In this document: positions 26,198-36,907 of the stretch, piece after piece
Position numbering within the stretch: position 1 is the stretch's first letter
Layout of the letters: each line of letters begins with the position of its first letter
From: Scyliorhinus canicula
Taxonomy: Eukaryota
Length of the DNA stretch: 64,000 nucleotides
Reading direction: 5' to 3'
Assembly (NCBI RefSeq): GCF_902713615.1
Contig: NW_024055469.1
Span: forward strand, 62,001 to 126,000
The notes under the pieces: model-generated
Database searches by the model: none
Told to the model about the DNA's origin: nothing
Seen by the model: the letters and a program-made list of their open reading frames with translations, nothing else
Made by a program: the position numbers and the translations under genes

Positions 26198-27109
26198 TCA
26201 GTCCTGGATGTGATTAACAGCAGCAACAACAGCAGAATCCAAACCTTGCAGACATTTATCAACCTGTTGCTGTGTCAGATGAGTTGTCCACGTAAATCCC
26301 TTCTCACGCTCAGAGAAGGCGAACGGTCGCTCCCCGGTGTGAGTGTGCTGGTGTGTCAGCAGGTGGGATGAGCGAGTGAATCCCTTCCCACAGTCCGAGC
26401 AGGTGAACGGTCTCTCCCCAGTGTGAACCCGCTGGTGTCTCAGCAAAACACTTGTGGTTTTAAAACTCTTCTCACATTCAGAACATTTGAAAGGTTTCTT
26501 ATCCGAGTGAACAAGTTGGTGTGATCTGAGGCTGGTTAAATAAATGAATCCCTTTCCACATAAGGAGCAGGTGAATAACCTCTCCCCAGTGTGAACTCGC
26601 TGGTGTTTCTGAAGGCCAGATAACTGAGTAAATCCCTTCCCACACACTGTACATCTGAACGGCCTCTCCTCATTGTGAACTCGCTGGTGTATCAGCAGAT
26701 CACTTGTGGTTTTATAACTCTTCTCACATTCAGTACATTTGAAAGGTCTGTTATCACTGTGAACCAGTCTGTGAGTAGCGAGGTGGGATGATCGTGTGAA
26801 TCCTTTCCCACACACGGAGCAGGTGAATGGTCTCTCCCCAGTGTGAGTGCGCTCGTGTTCAATGAGATTCTGTGATCGTTTGAATAGCTTCCCACAGTGA
26901 GAGCAGCTGAACTGTCTCTCAGTGCGAACAACCTGGTGCTTGACCAGGTCCTCTGAGCTTTTAGAGTTGTTATCACAGTCTGACTGGTTAAACAGCCCCT
27001 CATCAATGTGAACTTGCTGGTGGGTCCGCAGGTGGGATGACTGAATGAATCCCTTCCCACACACTGAGCAGGTGAACGGCCTCTCTCCAGTGTGACTGCG
27101 TCGATGCAT
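26198..27109 (-). CDS. Tandem C2H2 zinc-finger protein (class B; ~8 canonical fingers from this ATG) ending in [17 protein letters not shown]
   Basis: 303-aa ORF. The paralogous start is mutated to ACG (27170-27172) and the frame is open up to TGA 27203-27205. Some fingers are degenerate, so it may be a pseudogene. Confidence 0.65.
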   Translation of the reverse strand: MHRRSHTGERPFTCSVCGKGFIQSSHLRTHQQVHIDEGLFNQSDCDNNSKSSEDLVKHQVVRTERQFSCSHCGKLFKRSQNLIEHERTHTGERPFTCSVCGKGFTRSSHLATHRLVHSDNRPFKCTECEKSYKTTSDLLIHQRVHNEERPFRCTVCGKGFTQLSGLQKHQRVHTGERLFTCSLCGKGFIYLTSLRSHQLVHSDKKPFKCSECEKSFKTTSVLLRHQRVHTGERPFTCSDCGKGFTRSSHLLTHQHTHTGERPFAFSEREKGFTWTTHLTQQQVDKCLQGLDSAVVAAVNHIQD

Positions 27110-27649
27110 TTCCAGCAGGGATGGGTAATTGAATCCCTTCCCACAGTCCCCACATTTCCACGGTTTCTCCGTGGTGTCGGTGTGTCTGTCCAGTTTGGAT
27201 GGTCAGTGGAAGCCTCGTCCACACACAGAACACGACAGTGAATGGGGTGATGTTTTTTTCAGGCTGTGTAACTGGTTAAAGCTCTTTCCACAGTCAGTTC
27301 ACTGGATCACTCTCACTCGGTTGTGTGTGTGTCTCGGTGCTTTTCCAGTCACACTGATGTTTGAAATCTTTTCCCACAGACAGAACAGACAAACATTTCT
27401 CCTTCCACATTCAAAGACCGATGGTATTCAGGTGCTCATGAATTGAGTGACTCTGTCAGATCTCGATATGATGTTTGATTTGAGTTTCCCATCTGCAAAT
27501 CATCGTCCTCTTGTACCTTGTAAAAGACATCGACAGTGTCAGGATTACCATTAGTGCAGGATAGAAATTTAGAACCCACAATTCCAGTTTCTATGATTTT
27601 TTTCCTCTCTTGTTTCCCCAAACTTGTGGTCCAATCAAACGTCCTTCTC

Positions 27650-27960
27650 AACTAAACCAGAATGTTGTTTCCAGTGTCTATGAGAGATTCTGTACCCTGA
27701 GGTGTCCACCGGTGTGGAAGGTCTCACGGGTTCCGGTAGACACCGTACGCCCCCTCTCCAGGACCACCCGGGGAATGACAAGACCACAGAAGAGGGACTG
27801 ACAGCCAGAGTTAACCCCCCCCCCCGCCGCTCTGTAAATTGCTGCTTTAATCAGGCCCAAGAGCAGGTCCAGGAGCCGATCCTCTGACTTATTTAGTCCC
27901 CTCCACACTGGGCAGGCAGTGATTAGGAGTGTGGGGTTGAAGTGTAAACCAAATGGAGAA
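27650..27960 (-). mobile_element. Tx1-like 3' fragment
   Basis: EDRLLDLLLGLIKAAIYR...LERGRTVSTGTRETF, homologous to 4230-4450. Confidence 0.7.
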
Positions 27961-28494
27961 GCAGTTCCTTCAGATAACTATCCAGGGGCTATCTAGCTGG
28001 TTTAACTCAGTGAGCTAGATAGCTGGTTTGTGATGCAGAATAAGGCCAATAGCGTGGGTTCAATTCCCGTACCAGCTTACACAAACAGATGCTGGAATGT
28101 GGCGACTAGGAGCTTTTCACAGAAACTTCATACTTGTGACAATAAAAGGTTATTATTATTAGGGGCTATAACCTATGATTGAAAATAAATATGAGGCCCA
28201 AATTGGGAAGCATTGCTGTCTCACGGTGCCAAAGACCCGGGCCCGGGTCACTGTCCGTGCGGCGTTTACACATACTCCCCGTGTCTGTGTATGTCTCCCC
28301 CACAGCCCAAAAGAAAGGGGAGCTGAATTGGCCACGGTATATTGCCCCATAATTGGAATAAAAGAACTGGATGCTTTAAATTCATTTTAAAAAATTAAAA
28401 TTATATGACCCAAATACCCCTCGAGGCCGCGAACATCATGCCCAACCCGAAAGTGGGGAATATGTTTTAAAACGTGCTGTCCTGGATGGTGTCT

Positions 28495-28543
28495 GACCCG
28501 GATACTAGGACCCGGATACTAGAACCCGGACACTAGGACCCGG
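28495..28543. repeat. 14-bp minisatellite (gacccggatactag) x3.5
   Basis: Read directly from the sequence. Confidence 0.85.
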
Positions 28544-28559
28544 TGTGAACAGAAACCTG

Positions 28560-28935
28560 AAGCTCCGCCTACTCTCTAAAACGTCTAAAGGCCACAGCGC
28601 ATGCGCTCCGCGCTGAACCAGAATGGCGACTGTTATCCATAAGCTGTGTCTGGGGAAAAAAAACCCAGAAACGGAAACGCGGGACTTGCAGAGTCACATT
28701 CGGGGTTTGAGGCCCTCACCAGGTGTTTAGAAACCCTCCCTATCCAGATCCGTCCCCATCGATCCCTCAGAGTTTCCTCATCCTTCCCGCTGCAGAGACG
28801 ACAAAAGAGCAACTCTGCCCATCGCCATTACTTACACTGCGCATGCTCCCATACTGGGCGATACTGCGCCTGCTCAGTACATTACTCTTGTGTGAATAGG
28901 GGACATTCACTACCGCGGGGAATGCTGGGTGAAAC
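28560..28935. promoter_or_regulatory. Putative bidirectional promoter between divergent ZNF loci
   Basis: gcgcatgcgc (~28597), actgcgcatgc (~28836), ZNF143-like cccagcattccccgcg on the - strand (~28914-28929); CpG-rich. Confidence 0.6.
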
Positions 28936-28949
28936 AATTGCCATCGAAA

Positions 28950-29340
28950 ATACTAAAACCAAAGTGAAAGTGCTGGAAAATGTTAGCAGGTCTGGCAGCA
29001 TGTGGAGAGGAAAGAGCTAACGTTTTCATTTTTTCATTTCACGTTTGGAGTCCAGATGACCCTTTGTCAAAGCTGTAAATACTAATCGAAAATACTAATT
29101 AGTTGTGATCTTTTTTCCTGTGATATGGATATTGGGGGAAAATGGGAAATTTATAAAATTAGGAATCAAGTAATACATAAATCCATGTGTACAGACCCTC
29201 CATTATCCATCAGAAAGATGGAGTGATGATGTGGAGATGTGGGACAGGGGTGAGCACCAGTAAGAAGTCTGACAACACCAGGTTAAAGTCCAACAGGTTT
29301 CAAACACTAGCTTTTGGAGCACTGCTCCTTCCTCAGGTGA
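28950..29340 (-). mobile_element. Penelope-like terminal fragments of two families
   Basis: 28950-29075: ttgacaaagggtcatctggactccaaacgt...tgctgccagacctgct family, also seen at ~18090-18210 and ~43205-43317. 29232-29340 matches the 8224-8444 family. Confidence 0.55.
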
Positions 29341-29547
29341 TTATACAGGGGCTATATAACTGGTTCAGCTCAGTGTGCTAGATAGCTAGTTTGTGATGCA
29401 CAATAAGGCGAACAGCATGGGTTCAATTCCCGTAAGATGGAGTGGTCATTGGTGGAGAATTTCAAATGCCCCAAAGTTTTCCAAAGCAGCAGCAATGACA
29501 GAGTCCAATGCAAACACAGAAGGTGGGGTGACTTGAGTGAAGCATTT

Positions 29548-29870
29548 TGGTGGTGCAATGGTTAGCACTATTGCCTCACCGTGCCAGAGACTAGAATTCA
29601 ATGCTGGCATTGGGTGACTGTGTGGAATTTGCACTTTCTGCCCATGTCTGCGTGCCTTTCCTCTGGGTGCTGAGGTTTGCTCCCACAGTCCAAAGATGTG
29701 CAGGTTAGGTGGACTGGCTGTTCAAAACTGCCCCTTTGTGTCCAGGGATGTTCAAGTTATTTGGGGTTACGGGGATAGGGCAGGGAAGTGAGCCTAGGTA
29801 GTGTGCTCTTGTAGAGGGCAGGTGCAGACTTGATGGGTCGAGTTCCTTCTGCACTGTAGGAATTCTTGGT
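29548..29870 (+). mobile_element. HE1-like V-SINE (older)
   Basis: Diverged head, V-domain and CR1 tail. Confidence 0.7.
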
Positions 29871-30056
29871 TCTATTGCACCTAGTAACTGTCAGGATTGT
29901 ATTTGCGTGGATATTCCAGGTCAGTTTTAAAAATTCATCCATGGGAGGTGGGTGTGGCTGGTTTCATCAGCATTTATTGCCAATCCCTGGTTGCCCTTGA
30001 GAAGTTGCTGGTGAGTTGCCTTCTTGAACTGCTGCAGTCAATGTGGTGCTGGAGAG

Positions 30057-30290
30057 GGCAGCACGGTGGCACAGTGGGTTAGCCCTGTTGCCTCACGACG
30101 ATGAGTTCCCAGGTTCGATCCCGGCTCTGGGTCACTGACTGTGTGGAGTTTGCACATTCTCCCCGTGTTTGCGTGGGTTTTGCCTCCACAACCCAAAGAT
30201 GTGCAGGCTAGGTGGATTGGCCACGCTCAATTGCCCCTTAATTGGAAAAACTGAATTGGGACTCTAAATTTATTTTAAAATTTTTTTTAA
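30057..30290 (+). mobile_element. Short V-SINE variant
   Basis: Flanked by the direct repeat aatgtggtg. Confidence 0.75.
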
Positions 30291-30720
30291 ATGTGGTGTA
30301 GGAGCACTCACAGTACTGTTAGGGAGAATTCCAGGAATTTCCTGGAGGAATGGCAATATATCTCCTTGTCAGGGTGGTGAGTGGCTTGGAGGGAAATTTC
30401 CAGGTGGTGTTTTTACCCAAGTGTCTGCTGCCCTTATCCTCGGTGGCAGCGGTTGTGGATTTTATTTTATTGCAGGTTTAATATAGATTTTAAATATAAA
30501 ATCTTTGGAAGGACGTTAGTGAACATTTGGAACAATTCCAGCAACTTTCTTACCACTTCACCTTAGTTCCAACCCCACAATTTACCAGATGTGTTCAGCT
30601 GAATTCACAACTTGCCTTTGTGTTTTTGTGGCTTGTCTCTCATGTTTCCCTCTTTCTGTTTTCAATTCATTTTTCAGGGTATTAGAAGATGAGAAATTTC
30701 AGACAATCATAAGTCAAAGA

Positions 30721-30947
30721 AGGGCAGCACGGTGGCCTAGTGGTTAGCACAACCGCCTCACGGCGCTGAGGTCCCAGGTTCGATCCCGGCTCTGGGTCAC
30801 TGTCCGTGTGGAGTTTGCACATTCTCCCCGTGTCTGCGTGGGTTTCGCCCCCACAACCCAAAAATGTGCAGAGTAGGTGGATTGGCCACTCTAAATTGCC
30901 CCTTAATAGAAAAAATAATTGGGTAATCTAAATTTATAAAAAAAAAA
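30721..30947 (+). mobile_element. Young poly(A)-tailed V-SINE inserted in a ZNF leader exon
   Basis: 16-bp TSD aatcataagtcaaaga (30705-30720, 30948-30963). Confidence 0.9.
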
Positions 30948-31203
30948 AATCATAAGTCAAAGACCACATCAAGATCTGACCCAGTCACTCGATTCTTCAG
31001 GATGAAAAAAATGAAATGAAAATCGCTTACTGTCACAAGTAGGCTTCAAATGAAGTTACTGTGAAAAGCCCCTAGTCGCCACATTCCGGCGCCTGTTCGG
31101 GGAGGCTTGTACGGGAATAACCGTGCTGCTGGCCTGCCTTGGTCTGCTTCAAAAGCCAGCTATTTAGCCCAGTGTGCTAAACAAGCCCCTAAACAACACT
31201 AAA

Positions 31204-31293
31204 GGGCACCTCCGGGATTTGAACCCGGGACCTCTCGCAAGCTTCAACACTGAAAAGCCCGAAGCAGAAATCATATCCCTAAACCAATGAGCC
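31204..31293 (-). tRNA. tRNA-Pro(CGG)-derived pseudogene with an 18-nt insertion at the canonical 37/38 intron site
   Basis: Minus strand ggctcattggtttagggatatgatttctgctt-CGG-g[cttttcagtgttgaagct]tgcgagaggtcccgggttcaaatcccggaggtgccc aligns to vertebrate tRNA-Pro. The stems contain mismatches. Confidence 0.8.
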
Positions 31294-31321
31294 ACTTTCT
31301 GAATATCATCAGCTTTTGAAC

Positions 31322-32899
31322 ATGGAAGGAAAAAGCACTGTTCACAGTGGGGTAAAACTGCATCTGTGTTGTGTGTGTGGACAACGTTTCAACCGTTCAT
31401 CTTGCCTGATGAGACACAAGCGCAGTCACCATGGGGAAAGACCGTATAAATGTGGAGACTGGGAGAGGATTCAATTATCTAGTTTAACATAGACATAGAA
31501 CATAGAACAGTACAGCACAGAACAGGCCCTTCGGCCCTCAATGTTGTGCCGAGCCATGATCACCCTACTCAAACCCACGTATCCACCCTATACCCGTAAC
31601 CCAACAACCCCCCCCTTAACCTTACTTTTATTAGGACACTACGGGCAATTTAGCATGGCCAATCCACCTAACCCGCACATCTTTGGACTGTGGGAGGAAA
31701 CCGGAGCACCCGGAGGAAACCCACGCACACAGGGGGAGGACGTGCAGACTCCACACAGACAGTTACCCAGCCGGGAATCGAACCTGGGACCCTGGAGCTG
31801 TGAAGCATTTATGCTAACCACCATGCTACCCTGCTGCCCCCCATGCTACCCTGCTGGCCTGGAAAGTCACCGACACACTCACGCTGGAGAGAGACCTTTC
31901 ACCTGCTCAGTGTGTGGGAAGGGATTCACTCAGTTGGCTGGCCTGTTGATACACCAGCGCATTCACAGCAGGGAGAGGCAGTTCACCTGCTCCTAATGTG
32001 GAAAGGGATTTACTCAGTCATCGGCCCTACTGATACATCGGCACATTCACACAGGGGAGAGGCCGGTCACCTGCTCTGTGTGTGGGAAGGGAAGCACTGA
32101 TTTCTCTGCTCTGCAGAAACACCAGCGAGTTCACACCAACAAGAGAGAGTTTAATTGATTAAACTGATTGTGGAAAGAGTTTTAAAAGACCACGCACACT
32201 GAGGGAGCACCAGTACATTCACACCGGTTCCACACCGTTCAGCTGCTCTCACTGCCGGAAGGGGTTCAGGCCATCTTTCCACCTTGTGGCACATGAGCAC
32301 ATTCACACTGGAGACAGGCCATTCACCTGCTCTGAATGTGGGAAGGGATTTAATCGATCATCCAACCTGCAGAAACACCAACGTGCTCATAGTGATGAGA
32401 GACCGTTTAAATGCCCAGACTGCAGGAAGTGTTATAAAAGTTCTGAGGATCTGCGGCGTCATCAACGTGTTCACTGACGAGAGAACGTTCACGTGTTCTC
32501 ACTGCGGGACTGGGTTCAGGAGAAAAGGTGACCTAACTGTACACCAGCGAATCCATACTGGGGAGAGACTGTTCACCTGCCATGTGTGTGGGAAGGGATT
32601 CACTTGTTTTGTCCCATCTCACTGCACACCAACATGTTCACATGACTGAGAGACGATTTAAATGTTCTGACTGTGAGAAGAGCTTTAAAAGCAGAAAACT
32701 TCTGCTCACACACCAGCATAATCACTCGGGAGAGAGACTATTCACCTGCACTGAGTGTGGGAAAGGATTCACCCAGTCATCCACTTTGCTGAGGCACCAG
32801 CAGGTTCACAGCAAAGAAAAGCCATTCACTTGTTCCACCTGCCAGAAGGGATTTACCCAGTCATACAACCTGCTGAGACACCAGCGAGTTCGCCAGTGA
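31322..32899 (+). pseudogene. C2H2 ZNF pseudogene (class A), split by an HE1 SINE, with multiple stops and frameshifts
   Basis: MEGKSTVHSG start at 31322; finger fragments in ORFs 31541, 32286, 32284 and 32582; acceptor at 30677/30678. Confidence 0.85.
31488..31840 (-). mobile_element. Young HE1-like V-SINE
   Basis: Near-identical to the copies at 39843-40180, 41623-41960 and 43490-43841. Confidence 0.9.
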
Positions 32900-33436
32900 T
32901 TACAGGGGTGTGATTCTGCTGTTATTGCTGCTGTTAATCACATCCAGGACTGTTTATTCTGATAGTTAGGAATTTATTTCTGATGTAAAGCAGCCTTATT
33001 GGACTTGATGTGTGCCCCACAGCATGTCTCATTCATGCGTGAATAGAACATCATCTCTGCAAACCTTGTTTTAAATTTGCATTGAACTGAATATGAACAA
33101 TAAACAGATCTCAATCCAATCCTGCAGCAGTATATTGACAGGGGAAAGCCTGTTCTGAAACTCGAGGATAAGGCTGTGTAAGCTCTGAATGTAATCATCA
33201 GGTTCGAGCTATTTGATAGACGCCTAACTTGTCAGATATTGAAGGAATTACTCTGAAAGTAAACTCACCAATTTCTAACCTCAGACTCTGGTCCTGCTGT
33301 AATGAACACTCAGCATCCATTAGTGCTGATTTACAGTGAATTACTGGATGTTACTTGTTTTGTGAAATATCTCTCCCCATTAGTGCTGAACTGCTGGATA
33401 ACTCGGATTGCACTTGGACATGATTTGGATTTAGTT

Positions 33437-33610
33437 CAAAGATGTGCAGGTTAGCTGGATTGGCTATGCTAAATTATCCCTTAGTGTCCAAAGGTGTGCA
33501 GGTTAGCTGGATTGGCTGTGCTAAATTATCCCTTAGTGTCCAAAGATGTGCAGGTTAGCTGGATTGGCTATGCTAAATTATCCCTTAGTGTCCAAGGATG
33601 TGAAGGTTGG
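33437..33610 (+). repeat. 52-bp tandem repeat (x3.3) derived from an HE1 SINE internal segment
   Basis: Units start at 33437, 33489, 33541 and 33593. Confidence 0.85.
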
Positions 33611-33929
33611 GTGGGATTACAGGAATAAGGCAGGGTAGTGGGACCAGGTCAGATGCTCTTTTGGAGGGTCGGTACAGACTGATGGGCTGAATGGCCTCCT
33701 TCTGATTCTGTGTCAATGAAGGGTCTGTGTGCCGAGATAAATTGGTAATTTGTAGCCGATAAACAATGTTTATGTCCTGACTTGTCACCTGGCGCCTTTG
33801 TGATTTGTGAGGAAAGATTTAATTCACTCACTCAGCAGCTTGAGGGGAACCAGACTGAGGTTTAATGAACATAATGAGCAGGAATAGGCCATTCGGTCCT
33901 TCGAGCCTGTCCTGCTATTCTTGTTTTAT

Positions 33930-34275
33930 TTGTCCAGGGGATGTGTCTATCACTGGCTGAGCCAGAATTTATTGCCCATTCCTAAATTGTCCTTGAACTG
34001 ATTTGCCATTTCAGAGGTAATTTCTGTGGGTCTGGAGTCACATGTAGGCCAGACCAGATAAGGGTGGCATATTTACTTCCCTGAAGGGCATTAGATAGGT
34101 TAGAACAACAATTGATAATTGTTTTCATGGTCATCATAAGATATTTAATTTAAGATTTTTATTGAATTCAAATTTGACCGTCTGCCATGGTGGGATTCAA
34201 ACCCAGATCCCAGGAGGAGTCCCCTGGGTCTCTGGATTACTGACCCTGTGACAATACCACTACATCACCGCCTCC
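33930..34275 (-). mobile_element. tRNA-derived SINE family 3
   Basis: Core ggtctggcctacatgtgactccagacccacag and tail gggcaataaa. Other copies at ~5975-6125, 6918-7190, 39576-40265 (+, split by HE1) and 58013-58375 (+). Confidence 0.7.
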
Positions 34276-34873
34276 TCGATCATCACTGATTGTCTACTCC
34301 AACTCCACCTCCCTGTACTCTCCCCGTAGCTCTCAATTCCCTTTATACACAAAAATATATCAATTTGCCTTAACTACACTCACTGACTGAGCATCTATTG
34401 CTCTCTCGGAGAGAGAATTCCAGAAATTCACAACCTTGGTGAAGAAATTGCTCATCACAATCTGAAATGGGCAACCCTTTATTCTGAGACTGAGAGTCAG
34501 TGTCCCAGATTCCCCAGTCAGGAAAATAAAACATCTTCACAGCGTCTAACCTCTCCAGACCTTTATGAATCATATGTTCTAATGGGATCACCTCTCATTT
34601 TTCTAACCACCACAAAATTTAGGCCTAGTCTGATTTTATCAGCACCCAGTCACGAAGTCACGAATAATAAGGATAGATTCTAGCATTTCGCCTACACTTG
34701 ATGTTTGGCTAACTGGACGGTAGGTTCCCATTTTATCTCTCTCTACTTTCTGGAATAGTGAGTGTAGGATTCGTAGGTTTTCTACTTTTCAGTCCTTGGA
34801 AAGTAAGGAAGTATGGTGTCTGGACCAGAGGATATAGTCACCATTTAGTCCCATTAATTTCTCCATTCTCTAT

Positions 34874-35423
34874 TGTTATGGGCCAAGGTTTAGAGACACA
34901 AAAGTGTATCATGGCGTTCACCTGACCCACAACTTTTAATAGATTGTGGTATGGGGAGCACATGGCCCACTATACAGGTACAGCAGAAATGGAAAAGTAT
35001 TTTTTTAAAGCAAAACAATGTTTATTCTATGAACTCAAGTTAACCTTTTTGAAACATACAGTGAACATCTTAGCAACCATTAATTCAAATACAACACTAA
35101 GTAATGCTTGCCCTATCCTTTTAACATCCAGAAGACTTACAAAAGAAACACCTGTTAAAAGATCAGGTTAAAGTCACTACTGACAAAAAAATTATAATTC
35201 TGAATTCACCAAATGATCAAGAGGTAGTCTTTTGATGGCAGAAAGAACAGCGGTACGCCTACTTGGTCTGGCTTTAGCTCCAACACTGAAAATGAAACTA
35301 AAACACACCCTGCAGCCTGCTCAAAAATGAAAGTAAAAAGCTGACAGACAGCCCAGCTCCACCCACTCTCTGACATCACTGGAGTAGTTATCACTCATTT
35401 CTTAAAGGTACTCTCACATGACA
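34874..35423 (-). mobile_element. Solo LTR (Gypsy-like)
   Basis: Termini tgttatg...catgaca; 4-bp TSD ctat (34870-34873, 35424-35427); AATAAA on the - strand. Confidence 0.8.
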
Positions 35424-35709
35424 CTATTTCTATAGGTTCCTCATTCGGACTGGATAAGGGAATCTGTAACCTGCATCTGCAAAGCTGTCTGCAGTTCAGT
35501 CAGGATTCATGCAGCTTCCACTCTTCATCAATCAAGCACGTTTTACATGGGAATTAAATGGTCTTTTTCATTTTTTAAACTTTTATTCACATAATTGTCA
35601 GAAAGCACAATTCAATCAACAACTTTTCTGTAAAATTCTATAAAATGATGTTGAAATGTGTGTCTGACTGTTTTTTCATTATTACTGGCATTTTATTAAC
35701 ATATTTGTA

Positions 35710-35970
35710 TTAGAACATAGAACATAGAACAGTACAGCACAGAACAGGCCCTTCGGCCCTCGATGTTGTGCCGAGCAATGATCACCCTACTTAAACCCAC
35801 GTAACCCGTATACCCGTAACCCAACAATCCCCCCCTTAACCTTACACTACGGGCAATTTAGCATGGCCAATCCACCTAACCCGCACATCTTTGGACTGTG
35901 GGAGGAAACCGGAGCACCCGGAGGAAACCCACGCACACACGGGGAGGACGTGCAGACTCCACACAGACAG
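35710..35970 (-). mobile_element. 5'-truncated HE1-like V-SINE
   Basis: Tail (agaacat)n plus V-domain; head missing. Confidence 0.85.
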
Positions 35971-36489
35971 TTGTTGACCAATTTTTTAAAAGTTGACTCT
36001 TCCTTGTATTAAGGTTGCCGTCCGCCCCCTGCACTGAACCCTTAGTTTCTCCTTGTAATTAGAACGTTTCTGTTTCCTACGATGATGACAGATAAAAAGT
36101 ATTTGTTTTGTGTCTGTTATTTCCTTGTTTCAATTATAATTTCCCCTTTATCTGTCTCTGAAGGGGGCATGATTACTTTCACTTATCTCTTCCTATCTAC
36201 ACGCCTACAGAAATATCTGCTTTGTAAACTCCACGAGTCCAGACTCAAATTCTCCATTTATATTTAATTCAGGCTGTTGTTTCTCAAGTCGATGATCCCG
36301 ACCACTGTGATCCCACTCCTTTTTTAAAATTGTTTTCTTTTTATTACTTTATCAGAGTTACAATGCCAGATCTCAGAGTGTGGACAGGGGCAAACCCCTA
36401 ATCCAGCTCCTTGCCTGCTCCAAAAACCAATTCAAATTGAATCCAATTCATGGTCCCCACGAGAGAGACATCCCAGATCCAGGCACTAG

Positions 36490-36856
36490 AAGAATGAGGG
36501 GGGATCTTATTGTAACTTACGTGATACTGTAAGGTCTGGATAGAGTGGATGTGGAGAGGATGTTTCCACTTGTAGGAAAAACTAGAAGCAGAGGACACCA
36601 TCACAGGCTAAAGGGACGATCCTTTAAAACAGATGAGGAGGAATTTCTTCAGCCAGAGGATAGCGAATCTGTAGAACTCATTGCTGTGGAGGCTGATTCA
36701 CTGAGTGTCTTTAAGACAGAGATACATAGGTTCTTGATTAATAAGGGGATCAGGGATTATGGGGAGAAGGCAGGAGAATGGGGATGAGAAAAATATCATC
36801 CATGATTGAATGGCGGAGCAGATTCGATGGGCCGAGTGGCTCCTATGTCTTATGGG
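36490..36856 (+). mobile_element. CR1 3' fragment
   Basis: DVERMFPLVGKTRSRGH..RLKGRSFKT. Confidence 0.8.
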
Positions 36857-36882
36857 CTTATTACACCCGACTTCACGCTCAC

Positions 36883-36907
36883 CTTAGCCAAAAGGCTGAG
36901 AAGCGAT
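36883..36907 (-). ncRNA. U2 snRNA 5'-terminal fragment (nt 1-25)
   Basis: Minus strand atcgcttctcagccttttggctaag; 24/25 identical to the U2 5' end ATCGCTTCTCGGCCTTTTGGCTAAG. Confidence 0.8.

Noticed and set aside
26110-26200. Possible SECIS element in the shared 3'UTR
   Set aside because: No ATGA...AA...GA kink-turn arrangement could be recognised by eye; SECISearch is needed to settle it.
27129-27446. Recurring antisense ORF (..FPQSVHW..GAFPVTL..) at 7490, 12960, 27129, 46662 and 51734
   Set aside because: Reverse-strand translation of the shared leader; starts, stops and frames differ between copies.
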